Part shown: positions 47,001-56,011 of the stretch, in pieces | How the letters are laid out: every line of letters begins with the position of its first letter | Numbering within the stretch: the stretch's first letter is position 1 | Source of the DNA: Candidatus Hydrogenedentota bacterium | GTDB lineage: Bacteria > UBA8481 > J006 | DNA: 64,000 nt | Direction of reading: 5' to 3' | Assembly: GCA_003697085.1 (NCBI GenBank) | Contig: RFFU01000040.1 | Coordinates: 3,133 to 67,132 of the forward strand | Position numbers and translations under genes: made by a program | The notes under the pieces: generated by a model | What the model was told of the DNA's origin: nothing | What the model saw: only the letters and a program-made list of their open reading frames with translations | Databases searched by the model: none

Positions 47001-50000
47001 TCGTTGATTGGTTCGCCGTCCCGATTCAAGATTCTCGTCTATGCAATGAACAACGCCTCGTCAAACCATAACATTTACTCGATCATTCCGGTCCAGAATC
47101 GAACCGGCCCTTCTTCCCAAAAACTGGTGAATTACTTCGAGTTCCCGTCCTCGCAATCGACGGTTCCGAACACGCCGAAGTATTATAAGACGACGGTTGT
47201 GTGGCCGGCGGCCTCCAAAGGGGTGACTTCCTTCACGCCCTTGATCGACGGGGTGAAGGACCCCGGCTGGGGCGACGTACCGACGGCCACGAGCGCCTCG
47301 TACCGCCAGCCGTTCCCGGGGCCGGCGGACACTCCGATCGAGGTACCCCCCGGCGGAATTTGCCGCGACGTCTATGTGACAAACGACGCGCAGTGGCTCT
47401 ATATCGGGTGGGAAGCCTTCAGTGATCCGTACCAATTGGAGACGGATAACACCGAGCAGAATGCCGATTATGGCTTCTTCGTGACGGACACGGGCGTTTG
47501 GGGATCGCCGGTGGATCCTTGGCGATGGTACGATGCGAACCGAAACTTCAATGCGACCCACCGTACGACGGGATACGGCGTCAACGTTGTTGCAAATGGG
47601 ACGGTCGGGTTTCAGGAATCGAACTTTTCGAGTGCCTTCAAGTACACGACGGTTGATGGCGTCAACTGGGAGAACGGAGTGACGATGACGATCGACGAGG
47701 ACTGGTCCGCCGACTTCAACGATTCCGGCCAGGGGTGGGGAGAACTGAGAATACCGTTATCGGATATTCGGGCGGACATCGGGCCGGGAGACACGATCGC
47801 CATCGTTCATTTCGGGCGTCATTCCGCTGCAAAGCCTGGGGTGAACGATGTCACGCCGTTCGACGGAGCGGCGGCGAGCAACTGGGCGGACAACAATGCC
47901 GTCCACGAGATGGGGGACACGGCGGTTTTCGTCTATGTGATTCAGCCGGGGGTGATCGACGCCTTTCACATACCCGATTCCGCTCCCGTACTGGGCCGTG
48001 GTTTGATGCGGCAGCCGGCGTCTCCCAATACCTCCGACAACATCGAACTCTTCCTCCGGGCCAATCCCGAGGGCGTGGCGACGACGGTCGATCTTATCTA
48101 TTCGACGGACACGTGGGCGAGCAGTACGAGTACCTCGATGGCGGTGGCCTACGCCAGTGGAGGAGCGGATTTCTGGTCTGTGACGCTTCCCTCGATCCCC
48201 GCCGGCACGATCTTGCGTTATTACTTCAAGGCGCAGTCGGATGTGATGACGACGTACGTCTACGGTTATGACACGCAATCGTACACGACTTCGGTTCAAG
48301 CGACGGCGCAAGCGAACGCATTCTCCGTTTTGCTCGGGAACACTCCCCCGACCACTCCTACCGAGGTGACACTTTTGCCGACGTCGCCTTCGACAAACGA
48401 CACACTGGTGGCAACCGCCTCCGGCGCTTCCGACTCAGACGTGGATGTCGGGGTGGACACGCTGATCTATCGTTTCCGCTGGTACAAGGGGGAGGTGTTC
48501 CAGTTCGAGACGTTCGATTCGGTGCCGCCTTATACCTCGCAAGTCGTTCCGGCTTCCACTGCCTCGGGCGAGACGTGGTTCGTGAAGGTTGCCGCGGGGG
48601 ACGGGGAAGACACATCGAGCGAGATCACGAGCGCGGTACGCCTGATCTCGACGTTGGCCGTCTGGCCCGCTCCCTTGCACGACCGTGTCAACTCCGCGCG
48701 GATCGTCACCAGTGTCAGCGGAGGGAAGCAGGTGAGAGAGTGGGTTTGGAAGGACAAGGACGGCGACGTCCGCTCGGGCCGAAGTGATCTCGACTTGAAG
48801 GAAGTGCGGATTCAAGCGGATACCGATTACATCTATTTCCTCTTACGGCTCGGGACCTTCTCGATCGACAAACCATTTATCGCGATCGCGGTCGATACGA
48901 GCCTGGATGCTTCAGGGGGAACGGAGATGGGGGATCAGACGGCGCTTCTTCTCGGAGGCGGTTTTGCCACGCCCGCGCTGAAATTCGAACGAATGATCGC
49001 GATTCACGCGGTTTCGAGCGGGAGTCTTGCGGTGGAATTGGATACAGGGGCGGGGGTTCCTGATTGGGGAACGCCCCGTTCCGGCTACCTTTTGAATGTA
49101 CGGCGCGAAGCGGGAACGATCGAGGTGCGGTTGGCCCGCTCGGATCTTCTGCTTAAAGGAATCTGTACGGCTCGGTTTGCCGTGGCGACCTTCGACAACG
49201 TCGTGGGGTCGGCGGCGGCGATCGATGCTACGAAGGATTACAGCGGCAACGATGCGTTCGACGCCGTCTCAATGCCCGCGTTTTCGTCGAACGATGCGGA
49301 CTTTTCGATGTCAGCCTGGGATGAAGATCTCTCCGACAACGACCTCGATTACTGGTTCCAACTTTCCTTTGCGGACACGATTCTCGAGGCGAACGATTCC
49401 CCCTCGAGTACGCCCGGAATGCTTCCGGCAACGGGAGACAGCGAGACGACCAACCCTCCGTTTTTCAGTTGGGGGCAGCCGGATGATTTGGGGACGAACG
49501 ATACGGTCATTGCGTACATCTTCGAGTTGGGAGACTCGGGGGCGGACTTCGAGCAAGCCGTAACGTACAGGGTGATAACGAGCGCTCGGAATTACACTCC
49601 GCCGACCTTTCTCACGGACAGCACCTACCATTCGTGGCTTGTCCGAGCCGTGGATCGAAGCGGGCAGATCGGAACGGCGGTCGTCCAGACCTATTTCCAA
49701 GAGAATGCCACTTCGATTCTTGTCACGGCTCCCGATGACAAGCAGAACCTCAATAACCTTGGAGCGAGGAATGGAGACGAAGTTGCGGTGACCTCGATCA
49801 TTTGGACCTGGCCGGCGGCGATTCATTCGGAAAGTGCTCCGATCGATTCGTACATCATCGAGATCGATACCTCCACGGCGTTCACGAAACCGATCCTTGT
49901 GGATACGCTGCCCGGTTCGCAGAGGAGTTACACGTATGCGGGAGCGGTGCGAGGCGAGGTCTATTACGCCAGACTCAAAGCGGTTGATACGGGAGGTTTC

Positions 50001-53000
50001 ACCGGCACATCGTCGCCTTCGGACGGAATCTATGTCAGCCGGAGGTACGCCAACGGTGACTCGACCGATTGGGCCTCGGCGGGCGGAATGGCTCCGGACA
50101 CCATCAACACGCCGGCGGCTCCGTCGTGGGAAGGAATCTGGATGGATTCGGTGACGGACAACCGAACGGACGACGCCGGAAACGCGTCCCGAGATCTGAA
50201 GGAGTTCCACGTGACCGCCGATTCCTTCAACCTTTATCTCCTAATGACTTTTCGAGATTTCACGAACGATGCCATCATCCAGGTCGCGGTTTCGACGGAC
50301 AATTCCTCCGACAAGCGTGTTTACGAAGGGCGAAGCGTTTATGCGGAGGATTCCTATACGTCGGTGGAGGGAGCCTGGGAACGAATGATACGGGTGAGGA
50401 CGGGAAACGACGATGTTTACACCTTAAACACGGCCTTTGCCGGCCAAGCGGCGAAATATACCGAGAATGTGTCGCAGAGAATGGTGGAGGTGGCGGTGCC
50501 GCTTTCGCGGTTGGGAGGTCGGGAGAAGATCTTGGGAAACACGGTAGGGTTCACGGTGGCGACCTTCATTAATTCAGCGGGAAGCGTCGGGCAGAACGGA
50601 GCGAACAATTCGAACATCGTCGATGTAATCACGACGAACAACGGCACGGGGACGTGGGGCGAGGTGAGCGATCGGGACGTCGATTTCCTCTTGAATGTGA
50701 CGTTCGATGGCGAAGGGAGGGTTACGGCGATCTCGGCCGATACCGTCTCGAGCACGATTCCTGACGAACCGACGCAGACGGGAGCCGCTGCTTCTTCAAA
50801 CTTTGATCTCATCTTCTACAATCTCTTCGTCGATCGCTTTCTTTCTGGGCGGAGTGACAATCCTCCTTCCGATCTGGATATGACCGGCGGCGATCTCGAG
50901 GGTATCGCGGATTCTTTCACCTATTTCAACAAGATGGGGGTCACCTGCGTGTATCTTTCGCCGATCATGGATTTCGGCGGCGGGGTTTGGGGATACAATC
51001 AGAGCGATCTGTATCGTCTCCAATGGAGTTTTGGTTCGCCGAGTGCGCCGCGGAATGGAACGCTGGATTTCGTCGATTTCGTCAAACGCGCCCGCCATCA
51101 CAATCTCAAAGTGGGTTTCGACTGGGTTCCGGGACAGGTATATAACGGGCGAACCGTTTCGAATCATCCGGAACTCTTCGAGGGAAAGCGATTCGGCGGC
51201 GAGGCGGTGCGGCAGGAATCGGTCGAGGCGCGGCAGTTCTTCTCGGACCATTCGCTTTTCTGGGCGGCGCTGGGGTCGTCGGCGTATCGTGTCGATAATC
51301 CCAAATTCTACCCAGATGATTACACGACCGGTTTGCCTTTCTTTGCTTACACGCGTGAGTTTTGGGACAAGTACGTTCCCGACCTGTACACCTTTGGAGA
51401 GGTGCCGGACAACGAGGGAGTGGTGGGGGCGTTTTGTAAGGACGGGCAGAGGCTCACGGGGATGCTTGACTTTCCGATGATGTTCGGATTGCAGCAGTGG
51501 GCCGCCGGAAACAAGAATGCCAGCGATTTCAAGACACAGGATATCGAAGGAAAGGAGCCGAGTTACCAAGGAGCCGTGAAGGCGTTGATGGCGACTCTTA
51601 TCGAAAATCACGATCATAGTCGGACTTATCATCAAGTCGGCGGAGGTCCGGATCTGGACGGATCGAAGGATCCGGCGATCATGGCGAACATTCAGTTGGC
51701 GTATCTCTTTGCCGGCGCGCACAGTCACAATCCGGTGATCTGGTACGGCGACGAGGTCCCCATTACGGGATGGAAGGATTACACCTATCCGGGGTTCACC
51801 TATACGACGAGCACGAGCAAATTCGGGAATACCAGGGCCTTCCCGTGGGATTTCCCGGACGGGACGTGGTTGCGAGACAATTTTCGGGCGATCTTCACCG
51901 CACGGAACATCTTCCGCGCGCTTCGGACGGACAATGCCGGGCGCTTTTTCGATATTCCGGATCTCAATGTGATGACGATGCAGAGATTCACTGGGGGAGC
52001 GGGGGATTACGAGAAGGTGGTGGCGGTGATCAACAACGCCAATGTGGACAAGAATGTTACGATTGCCACGGGCGACAGCAACAAGTTCTTCCGCGATTGG
52101 CTCAACCCCGCCGTGACGGGGACCACGGATGCTTCCGGAAATCTCGTCGGCTGGAATGTGCCGTCGAACTGGGGGTTTTATCTTGTGCGCGGGGGATTCG
52201 GACAGAGGCAGTTGCACGTGGATGCGGGAATGAGCGGTGTGATCGTCTCGATAGACAATACTTCTTCCTGGACTTGTGTGACGGGGGACGACGGGAGTTG
52301 CACGATCACGCGGATTCTCGTCAACGACGAAGGCAATGGGAACTTTAATTCGTGGGATCGCACCTTGCGGGCCTGGAAGAAAGGGTACAAGGAGTACGTC
52401 GGGACGTACACCTTCGGTTCCTCGAACGGAGTGGCGGCGGTTGCCGATGACACGACGATTACGTTGCAAGCGGATGATGGCGTTCCCCCGGCGGCTCCGC
52501 AGGGCCTTTCGGCCCAGCCGCGGGACCGAGCCGCGTTCCTGACCTGGGAGAAGAACAATGAAAGCGATTTCGAGTCGTACAAGGTCTATCGATCCAAAAC
52601 GCCCAACGATCCCTCACCGACCTTGATCGCCGAAACACTTCGTCCGTTCCTTTACGATAACGATCTCGATAACTTTCTGACCAACGGCGATACCTATTAT
52701 TACAAGGTTCGCGCGATGGACTGGAACGAGAACTTGTCCGGGTTTTCGAACGAGGTGGCGGTGGTTCCGGGAAAGTACAACGTGAAGTTTTATTTGGAAC
52801 TTGAAGGTTCGGGACTGAGCGGAGTGCAATACGCCATGATTGCAGGGAACCATGACGCCCTCGGCGCCTGGACTCCAGTTCAGATGACACAGGTCGATAC
52901 CACGCTCTGGATGATAGAGACTGAGATGGATCCGACCTCGATGCCGGAGTACAAATATGTTGTTCAAACGGCTTCCGGGCAGATATGGGAGAACGATTTC

Positions 53001-54347
53001 GGTAACAACAAAATCTTCACGCAGAACCGCCTCGTGGACATTGTCGATCACACGGGAAATCGCGAAGCGATCTTCACGAACAAGTGGAACATTGCCGGGG
53101 ACGCGGCGCCGCGGCAGGTGAAGAATGTCACCGCGGTGAGCGCGGATTCAGGGGTAAAGGTGGGATGGAGTCCGAATCCCGAGCCGGACGTGGTTCGGTA
53201 TGTTATCCAGCGGGCCACGAACCCCGCCGGACCGTTTACCTATTTGGGTGACGCCGATGCTTCTCAGAACGTTTTTTGGGATACGAATGTGACGTTGGGA
53301 TTGACGTATTACTATCAGGTTCGAGCCGTCGATTGGTGGAACTCGGGCGGGGATTTCTCCGCCAACGCGTCCGTGACGGTCTCTCCAGCCGACCTTGTCG
53401 CCCCGGCGGCTCCCACCGGCCTCACGCTCAATCCCGCTGGAACGTCCTCGATCAAACTCACGTGGTTGGCAAATTCCGAAGGGGATGTTTCTGGGTACGA
53501 TGTGTATCGGAGTACCGATCCGACGGTTCCGATTGCCCCGGAAAACAAGGTGAACGCGAGTCGGATCTTGCATTCGTTGTCACCGAGCTACACGGATACG
53601 GGGGTGACGGCGGGGCAGCGATATTACTACCGCGTCGTTGCCATCGACAATGCGAACAACCAATCCTCGGGGAGCGACACGGCTTCCGCGTATCTTGTCG
53701 CGGCGACCTTCGTTCTTGATTTGGGCAATGTGTCGCCGTCTTCGGTCGAAATCTCGGGGAATGCGGCGACAATGGGCCCGAGTCCGTCGCGGGTTAAACT
53801 TTCGAGCATCGGAGGAAGCCAGTGGTCCGTCACATTGGGAGTCTTTGCCGGCGTGCAACTGACGTATAAGTACAGCTACAACAACGGAACGGTCGAGGAA
53901 GCAAATTTTCAGACGAATTCGCTCAAGAGGGAGTGGACCCCCTCGGAGCAAGCCAGCGTAACTCGGCAGGAAGATTGGGAGGAGGAGCCCGCCGGAGTAA
54001 GATCGCCGGCCGGTTATCCTGGAAATAAAAAGGCATATCTCAGCTGGACTGGGGATTCCAGCGTGGATGTGTACGCCTACGTCATCGATCGCGCATCGGC
54101 CTCCGATACCACTTTTCATAGACTGACTCCTTCTCCGACGACCAATACGTATTACACCGATTCCAATCTGACGAACGGAGAGACCTACTATTACGTGATT
54201 CGTTCGGTCGATGCGGGGACGTTTCAGTTGGAGAGTCCGCCGTCGAAGATGCTGGTAGTGATGCCGAATGAGCCGATTTGGGTACGGTTTCGCGTCGAGC
54301 GGCCGGATGCGGATCGGATTCGAAGGCCGAAGGTGGTTTGGAGATGA
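44064..54347 (+). CDS. giant multidomain secreted protein (about 3420 aa from the probable start): N-terminal CBM-like modules, lamin-tail domain, multiple fibronectin-III domains, an internal alpha-amylase-superfamily (GH13-like) catalytic module and CBM20-like starch-binding modules
   Basis: Single uninterrupted 10.4-kb ORF (43932..54347). Probable start GTG 44064 or 44085, giving the signal peptide KRPSHGKRRREIERGRSFVSIGLLLFGGGLLFQIFAPVYA. Modules: GDFNGWNN / GTYNGWDTDG CBM-like at 44200-44800. Lamin-tail domain (SGASATDDFIELYNPTPDSIEMSNYFL) around 44950-45300. Fn3-like units (e.g. PTFTWKES...WYYWRVRAKDSGSQVSDYS). GH13-like core about 50790-52200 (LIFYNLFVDRF, GGDLEGIADSFTYFNKMGVTCVYLSPI, YTFGEVPDN, LIENHDHSRTY). 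CBM20-like module (KFYLELEGSGLSGVQYAMIAGNHDALGAWTPVQMTQVD...YKYVVQTASGQIWENDFGNNKIF) about 52780-53080. Confidence 0.85.
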   Translation: MRPFDQAVKRPSHGKRRREIERGRSFVSIGLLLFGGGLLFQIFAPVYATNPVTVPGDFNGWNNSSGNKMTYINTWNGRDVFAVLTTIDSVAYGTGHQYKIYVGDWATPSGGWLGGGTSSGLKLPQVVNQLDSQPVTPTITIDIDTSVYHDTPGMFYIQFRVKPSGGGLGTINDVVFKRATVQAPGTYNGWDTDGAATEMAKIGLTDTWVKYVSISAVGTVQFKIITGNSWDWYHWGWSNANTLSVPVDTTAFEGPSFGAGQPQNIQVNVTETGVYRLTFNTVTDQITFTKVTEPLISQVQTSGASATDDFIELYNPTPDSIEMSNYFLAQRASSEETVTVIHRFTSDSIPPHGYYLWAHATGYTGETPANQTSLVNVTNDNLILLKKNGDTTSEYLAEVVDAVGYGAWAAPTSLAAQESGYWRSAFYEGSGLASNPAANGSLMRLPGGIGGEHSDSQDNANDFITLSASMPRNKTGYRTPYTFSDTVSPSSVVSGETFLLTMVVKDWLGETVGLYSDTADLSVSAGTINPKKTQAFSAGTRSESASITGAPATVTITTTAPDGSFQGTVDITVTPDLVNGWHIPKNNEPDTAVDADSFMRTATNTEGGTNNDTMWPRRRTTDNPILLWVGKAPVDPDSPQSAAFRYQTATTAWSAWQNFDDTVIVGGNLYYRFTLNQGATTDWDFRDTVAYYFRLEQVGKDTTYIYGSGVADDVTTSQKTPVEATAQASPFIYKIRSTRPLPPDTAISPTDGQTDVGTRKPTFTWKESFDIDTAAGDTIVDYYFEIATKPDMSDSASLGLSKWLGSGNTSYTIDSPLQAFTWYYWRVRAKDSGSQVSDYSETFQFKINAIIAVDGDISDWILGETFPTINAGNMSHSTSMGITWDSNSIYVMWDKKESLHDSDVLFIYIDAVPGGSNTSINWSGTHNLPFAADTAFHMEPKGLKFEYRYWNGGAWVWKGAIGQKAQNYAGGIAEVSFPWSLIGSPSRFKILVYAMNNASSNHNIYSIIPVQNRTGPSSQKLVNYFEFPSSQSTVPNTPKYYKTTVVWPAASKGVTSFTPLIDGVKDPGWGDVPTATSASYRQPFPGPADTPIEVPPGGICRDVYVTNDAQWLYIGWEAFSDPYQLETDNTEQNADYGFFVTDTGVWGSPVDPWRWYDANRNFNATHRTTGYGVNVVANGTVGFQESNFSSAFKYTTVDGVNWENGVTMTIDEDWSADFNDSGQGWGELRIPLSDIRADIGPGDTIAIVHFGRHSAAKPGVNDVTPFDGAAASNWADNNAVHEMGDTAVFVYVIQPGVIDAFHIPDSAPVLGRGLMRQPASPNTSDNIELFLRANPEGVATTVDLIYSTDTWASSTSTSMAVAYASGGADFWSVTLPSIPAGTILRYYFKAQSDVMTTYVYGYDTQSYTTSVQATAQANAFSVLLGNTPPTTPTEVTLLPTSPSTNDTLVATASGASDSDVDVGVDTLIYRFRWYKGEVFQFETFDSVPPYTSQVVPASTASGETWFVKVAAGDGEDTSSEITSAVRLISTLAVWPAPLHDRVNSARIVTSVSGGKQVREWVWKDKDGDVRSGRSDLDLKEVRIQADTDYIYFLLRLGTFSIDKPFIAIAVDTSLDASGGTEMGDQTALLLGGGFATPALKFERMIAIHAVSSGSLAVELDTGAGVPDWGTPRSGYLLNVRREAGTIEVRLARSDLLLKGICTARFAVATFDNVVGSAAAIDATKDYSGNDAFDAVSMPAFSSNDADFSMSAWDEDLSDNDLDYWFQLSFADTILEANDSPSSTPGMLPATGDSETTNPPFFSWGQPDDLGTNDTVIAYIFELGDSGADFEQAVTYRVITSARNYTPPTFLTDSTYHSWLVRAVDRSGQIGTAVVQTYFQENATSILVTAPDDKQNLNNLGARNGDEVAVTSIIWTWPAAIHSESAPIDSYIIEIDTSTAFTKPILVDTLPGSQRSYTYAGAVRGEVYYARLKAVDTGGFTGTSSPSDGIYVSRRYANGDSTDWASAGGMAPDTINTPAAPSWEGIWMDSVTDNRTDDAGNASRDLKEFHVTADSFNLYLLMTFRDFTNDAIIQVAVSTDNSSDKRVYEGRSVYAEDSYTSVEGAWERMIRVRTGNDDVYTLNTAFAGQAAKYTENVSQRMVEVAVPLSRLGGREKILGNTVGFTVATFINSAGSVGQNGANNSNIVDVITTNNGTGTWGEVSDRDVDFLLNVTFDGEGRVTAISADTVSSTIPDEPTQTGAAASSNFDLIFYNLFVDRFLSGRSDNPPSDLDMTGGDLEGIADSFTYFNKMGVTCVYLSPIMDFGGGVWGYNQSDLYRLQWSFGSPSAPRNGTLDFVDFVKRARHHNLKVGFDWVPGQVYNGRTVSNHPELFEGKRFGGEAVRQESVEARQFFSDHSLFWAALGSSAYRVDNPKFYPDDYTTGLPFFAYTREFWDKYVPDLYTFGEVPDNEGVVGAFCKDGQRLTGMLDFPMMFGLQQWAAGNKNASDFKTQDIEGKEPSYQGAVKALMATLIENHDHSRTYHQVGGGPDLDGSKDPAIMANIQLAYLFAGAHSHNPVIWYGDEVPITGWKDYTYPGFTYTTSTSKFGNTRAFPWDFPDGTWLRDNFRAIFTARNIFRALRTDNAGRFFDIPDLNVMTMQRFTGGAGDYEKVVAVINNANVDKNVTIATGDSNKFFRDWLNPAVTGTTDASGNLVGWNVPSNWGFYLVRGGFGQRQLHVDAGMSGVIVSIDNTSSWTCVTGDDGSCTITRILVNDEGNGNFNSWDRTLRAWKKGYKEYVGTYTFGSSNGVAAVADDTTITLQADDGVPPAAPQGLSAQPRDRAAFLTWEKNNESDFESYKVYRSKTPNDPSPTLIAETLRPFLYDNDLDNFLTNGDTYYYKVRAMDWNENLSGFSNEVAVVPGKYNVKFYLELEGSGLSGVQYAMIAGNHDALGAWTPVQMTQVDTTLWMIETEMDPTSMPEYKYVVQTASGQIWENDFGNNKIFTQNRLVDIVDHTGNREAIFTNKWNIAGDAAPRQVKNVTAVSADSGVKVGWSPNPEPDVVRYVIQRATNPAGPFTYLGDADASQNVFWDTNVTLGLTYYYQVRAVDWWNSGGDFSANASVTVSPADLVAPAAPTGLTLNPAGTSSIKLTWLANSEGDVSGYDVYRSTDPTVPIAPENKVNASRILHSLSPSYTDTGVTAGQRYYYRVVAIDNANNQSSGSDTASAYLVAATFVLDLGNVSPSSVEISGNAATMGPSPSRVKLSSIGGSQWSVTLGVFAGVQLTYKYSYNNGTVEEANFQTNSLKREWTPSEQASVTRQEDWEEEPAGVRSPAGYPGNKKAYLSWTGDSSVDVYAYVIDRASASDTTFHRLTPSPTTNTYYTDSNLTNGETYYYVIRSVDAGTFQLESPPSKMLVVMPNEPIWVRFRVERPDADRIRRPKVVWR

Positions 54348-55435
54348 GCCGATCTGTGTTCCGGATCGCGGTAGCGATAGCGCTCTTTCTCTGCGCGGCC
54401 CCTTCGACTTATGCTCAGACGGCGCGTGACACGTGGGCGCAGGTGACAAAGACGATCGTGGTCCAACCGGGCTTGGACGTCTCTTGTTGGAAGGATGCCG
54501 GAAGAAGTCAGATTACGGAAGGGCCGATGACGATGACCGCGGTCGGCGATGGTACCTATGAGGCGATTATCGGCCTTCAGCGGGGACAAAAATACAACTA
54601 TCTCTTTTTTGCCAATGCCGGATTTCCCGCGCCCGGCGGTTTGATGGATTTCAACGAATATTACGATGTCGTACCCACAAGCGGTTTCATCCGGGCTTCG
54701 ACAAACGGCGTTACGGTGAACGATACCGTTTCAGCATATTACGGATCCGTAGGGCTCACCTTCGATGCGCGGCGAATTCTCTCCGTTCCAACGACGATTC
54801 CTCCGGGAGACACGCTTTGGGTCTTCAACAATTTCGGGGAAACTCCGGGCATCGTCTCTTCCTTTTCGGCGTTTCCGGAGGGAGAAACGAAAATTCGGCT
54901 CGTTTGGGGAGATCCTTATGGGTTTTGGGGTCAGAATGGAGAGGCCTTCAAGGCGGCGGATGTTTTGGCGGGAGGGCAGTTTCTGATCTACCGGAGTCTG
55001 AGTGAGTCCGGTCCGTTTCGATTGATAGCCGCGTTGGACGGCAAGGAGAACACCTTCGTGGACGACAGCGGAACGACGGGACTTGCCATGGCCGAGACCT
55101 ATTACTACGTCATCCGGTGTCGCGACGCGTACGAGGGAACGAACCTGGCGACCGATTCTTTTCCTACACTTTCCAGTGACTCTTCGAATGTGGTTCATGC
55201 CACGACCAGCGGGCCGCTCATCGGGTTCTTTGTGGTTCAGGCGGCGGATTGGCATGTTATTGAAAGAACCCGTGGTCGTGTCTTTCTCTCGCCTCCGGAA
55301 GCTCCTCCGTGGGGAAGGAAGTATGAGGCTCGAATGGTGCGGGTTTATCTCCCTCCTGGAGATTTGCGAAAAAACGCGTTTATTGATTCAGGATCATCGA
55401 ACATGGAGAAAAGAAAAAGAGGAAGGGAAGAATAA
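54344..55435 (+). CDS. secreted hypothetical protein with Fn3-like region, translationally coupled to the giant gene
   Basis: ATG overlaps the giant-gene TGA (ATGA). Signal peptide MSRSVFRIAVAIALFLCAAPSTYAQ. Fn3-like GQFLIYRSLSESGPFRLIAALDGKENTFVDDSGTTGLAMAETYYYVIRCRDAYEGTNLAT. Confidence 0.55.
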   Translation: MSRSVFRIAVAIALFLCAAPSTYAQTARDTWAQVTKTIVVQPGLDVSCWKDAGRSQITEGPMTMTAVGDGTYEAIIGLQRGQKYNYLFFANAGFPAPGGLMDFNEYYDVVPTSGFIRASTNGVTVNDTVSAYYGSVGLTFDARRILSVPTTIPPGDTLWVFNNFGETPGIVSSFSAFPEGETKIRLVWGDPYGFWGQNGEAFKAADVLAGGQFLIYRSLSESGPFRLIAALDGKENTFVDDSGTTGLAMAETYYYVIRCRDAYEGTNLATDSFPTLSSDSSNVVHATTSGPLIGFFVVQAADWHVIERTRGRVFLSPPEAPPWGRKYEARMVRVYLPPGDLRKNAFIDSGSSNMEKRKRGREE

Positions 55436-55506
55436 AGGAAAACACCGGATGCGAGCGTAGCGCACCGAGGGGAAACGTGGAAGTCAATGGAATCCCGTGG
55501 AAATCT

Positions 55507-55580
55507 GTCCCCAACGGGATTCGAACCCGTGTCTTCACCGTGAAAGGGTGATGTCCTAGGCCTGCCTAGACGATGGGGAC
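55507..55580 (-). tRNA. tRNA-Glu (anticodon TTC)
   Basis: The reverse complement GTCCCCATCGTCTAGGCAGGCCTAGGACATCACCCTTTCACGGTGAAGACACGGGTTCGAATCCCGTTGGGGAC folds as a cloverleaf: 7-bp acceptor stem, anticodon loop CTTTCAC, T-arm GGGTTCGAATCCC. CCA is not encoded. Confidence 0.85.
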
Positions 55581-55754
55581 GATGAGAGGAACGCATTGTA
55601 CGGCAAACTCCCTCTCCAGGACAAGCGAAAAGGGGGAAAAGGTGTCGGGAAAAGGTGTCATTCTTCCATTTTGCCAATTTTGTTCGAGAAAGAGAGAGGG
55701 GAAAAAGAGAGGAACTTTTTGCCGGATTTTCGTTTTTTTTTCAAGGATTGCCAC

Positions 55755-55831
<77 letters not shown>

Positions 55832-56011
55832 ACGGCGACGGCCCGCTGGTATTTGAATTTGCCGAAGGAAACTGTTTCACGGTGCAAACCGCCACCAAAA
55901 TTTATTTTACCATCCTTTTCCCGCAAGGCAAAAAAAATCCTCTTTTTGAAACGATTCGGCCAGGCGCGGTCGACTTTGGTCCATCGAATATCATTTATTT
56001 CCCAGCAGATC

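Noticed and set aside
49311-52469. Several 300-560-aa minus-strand ORFs inside the giant gene (49311..50210, 50796..52469)
   Set aside because: The plus frame is continuous for 10.4 kb with recognisable LTD, Fn3, GH13 and CBM20 modules. The antisense ORFs lack any motifs.
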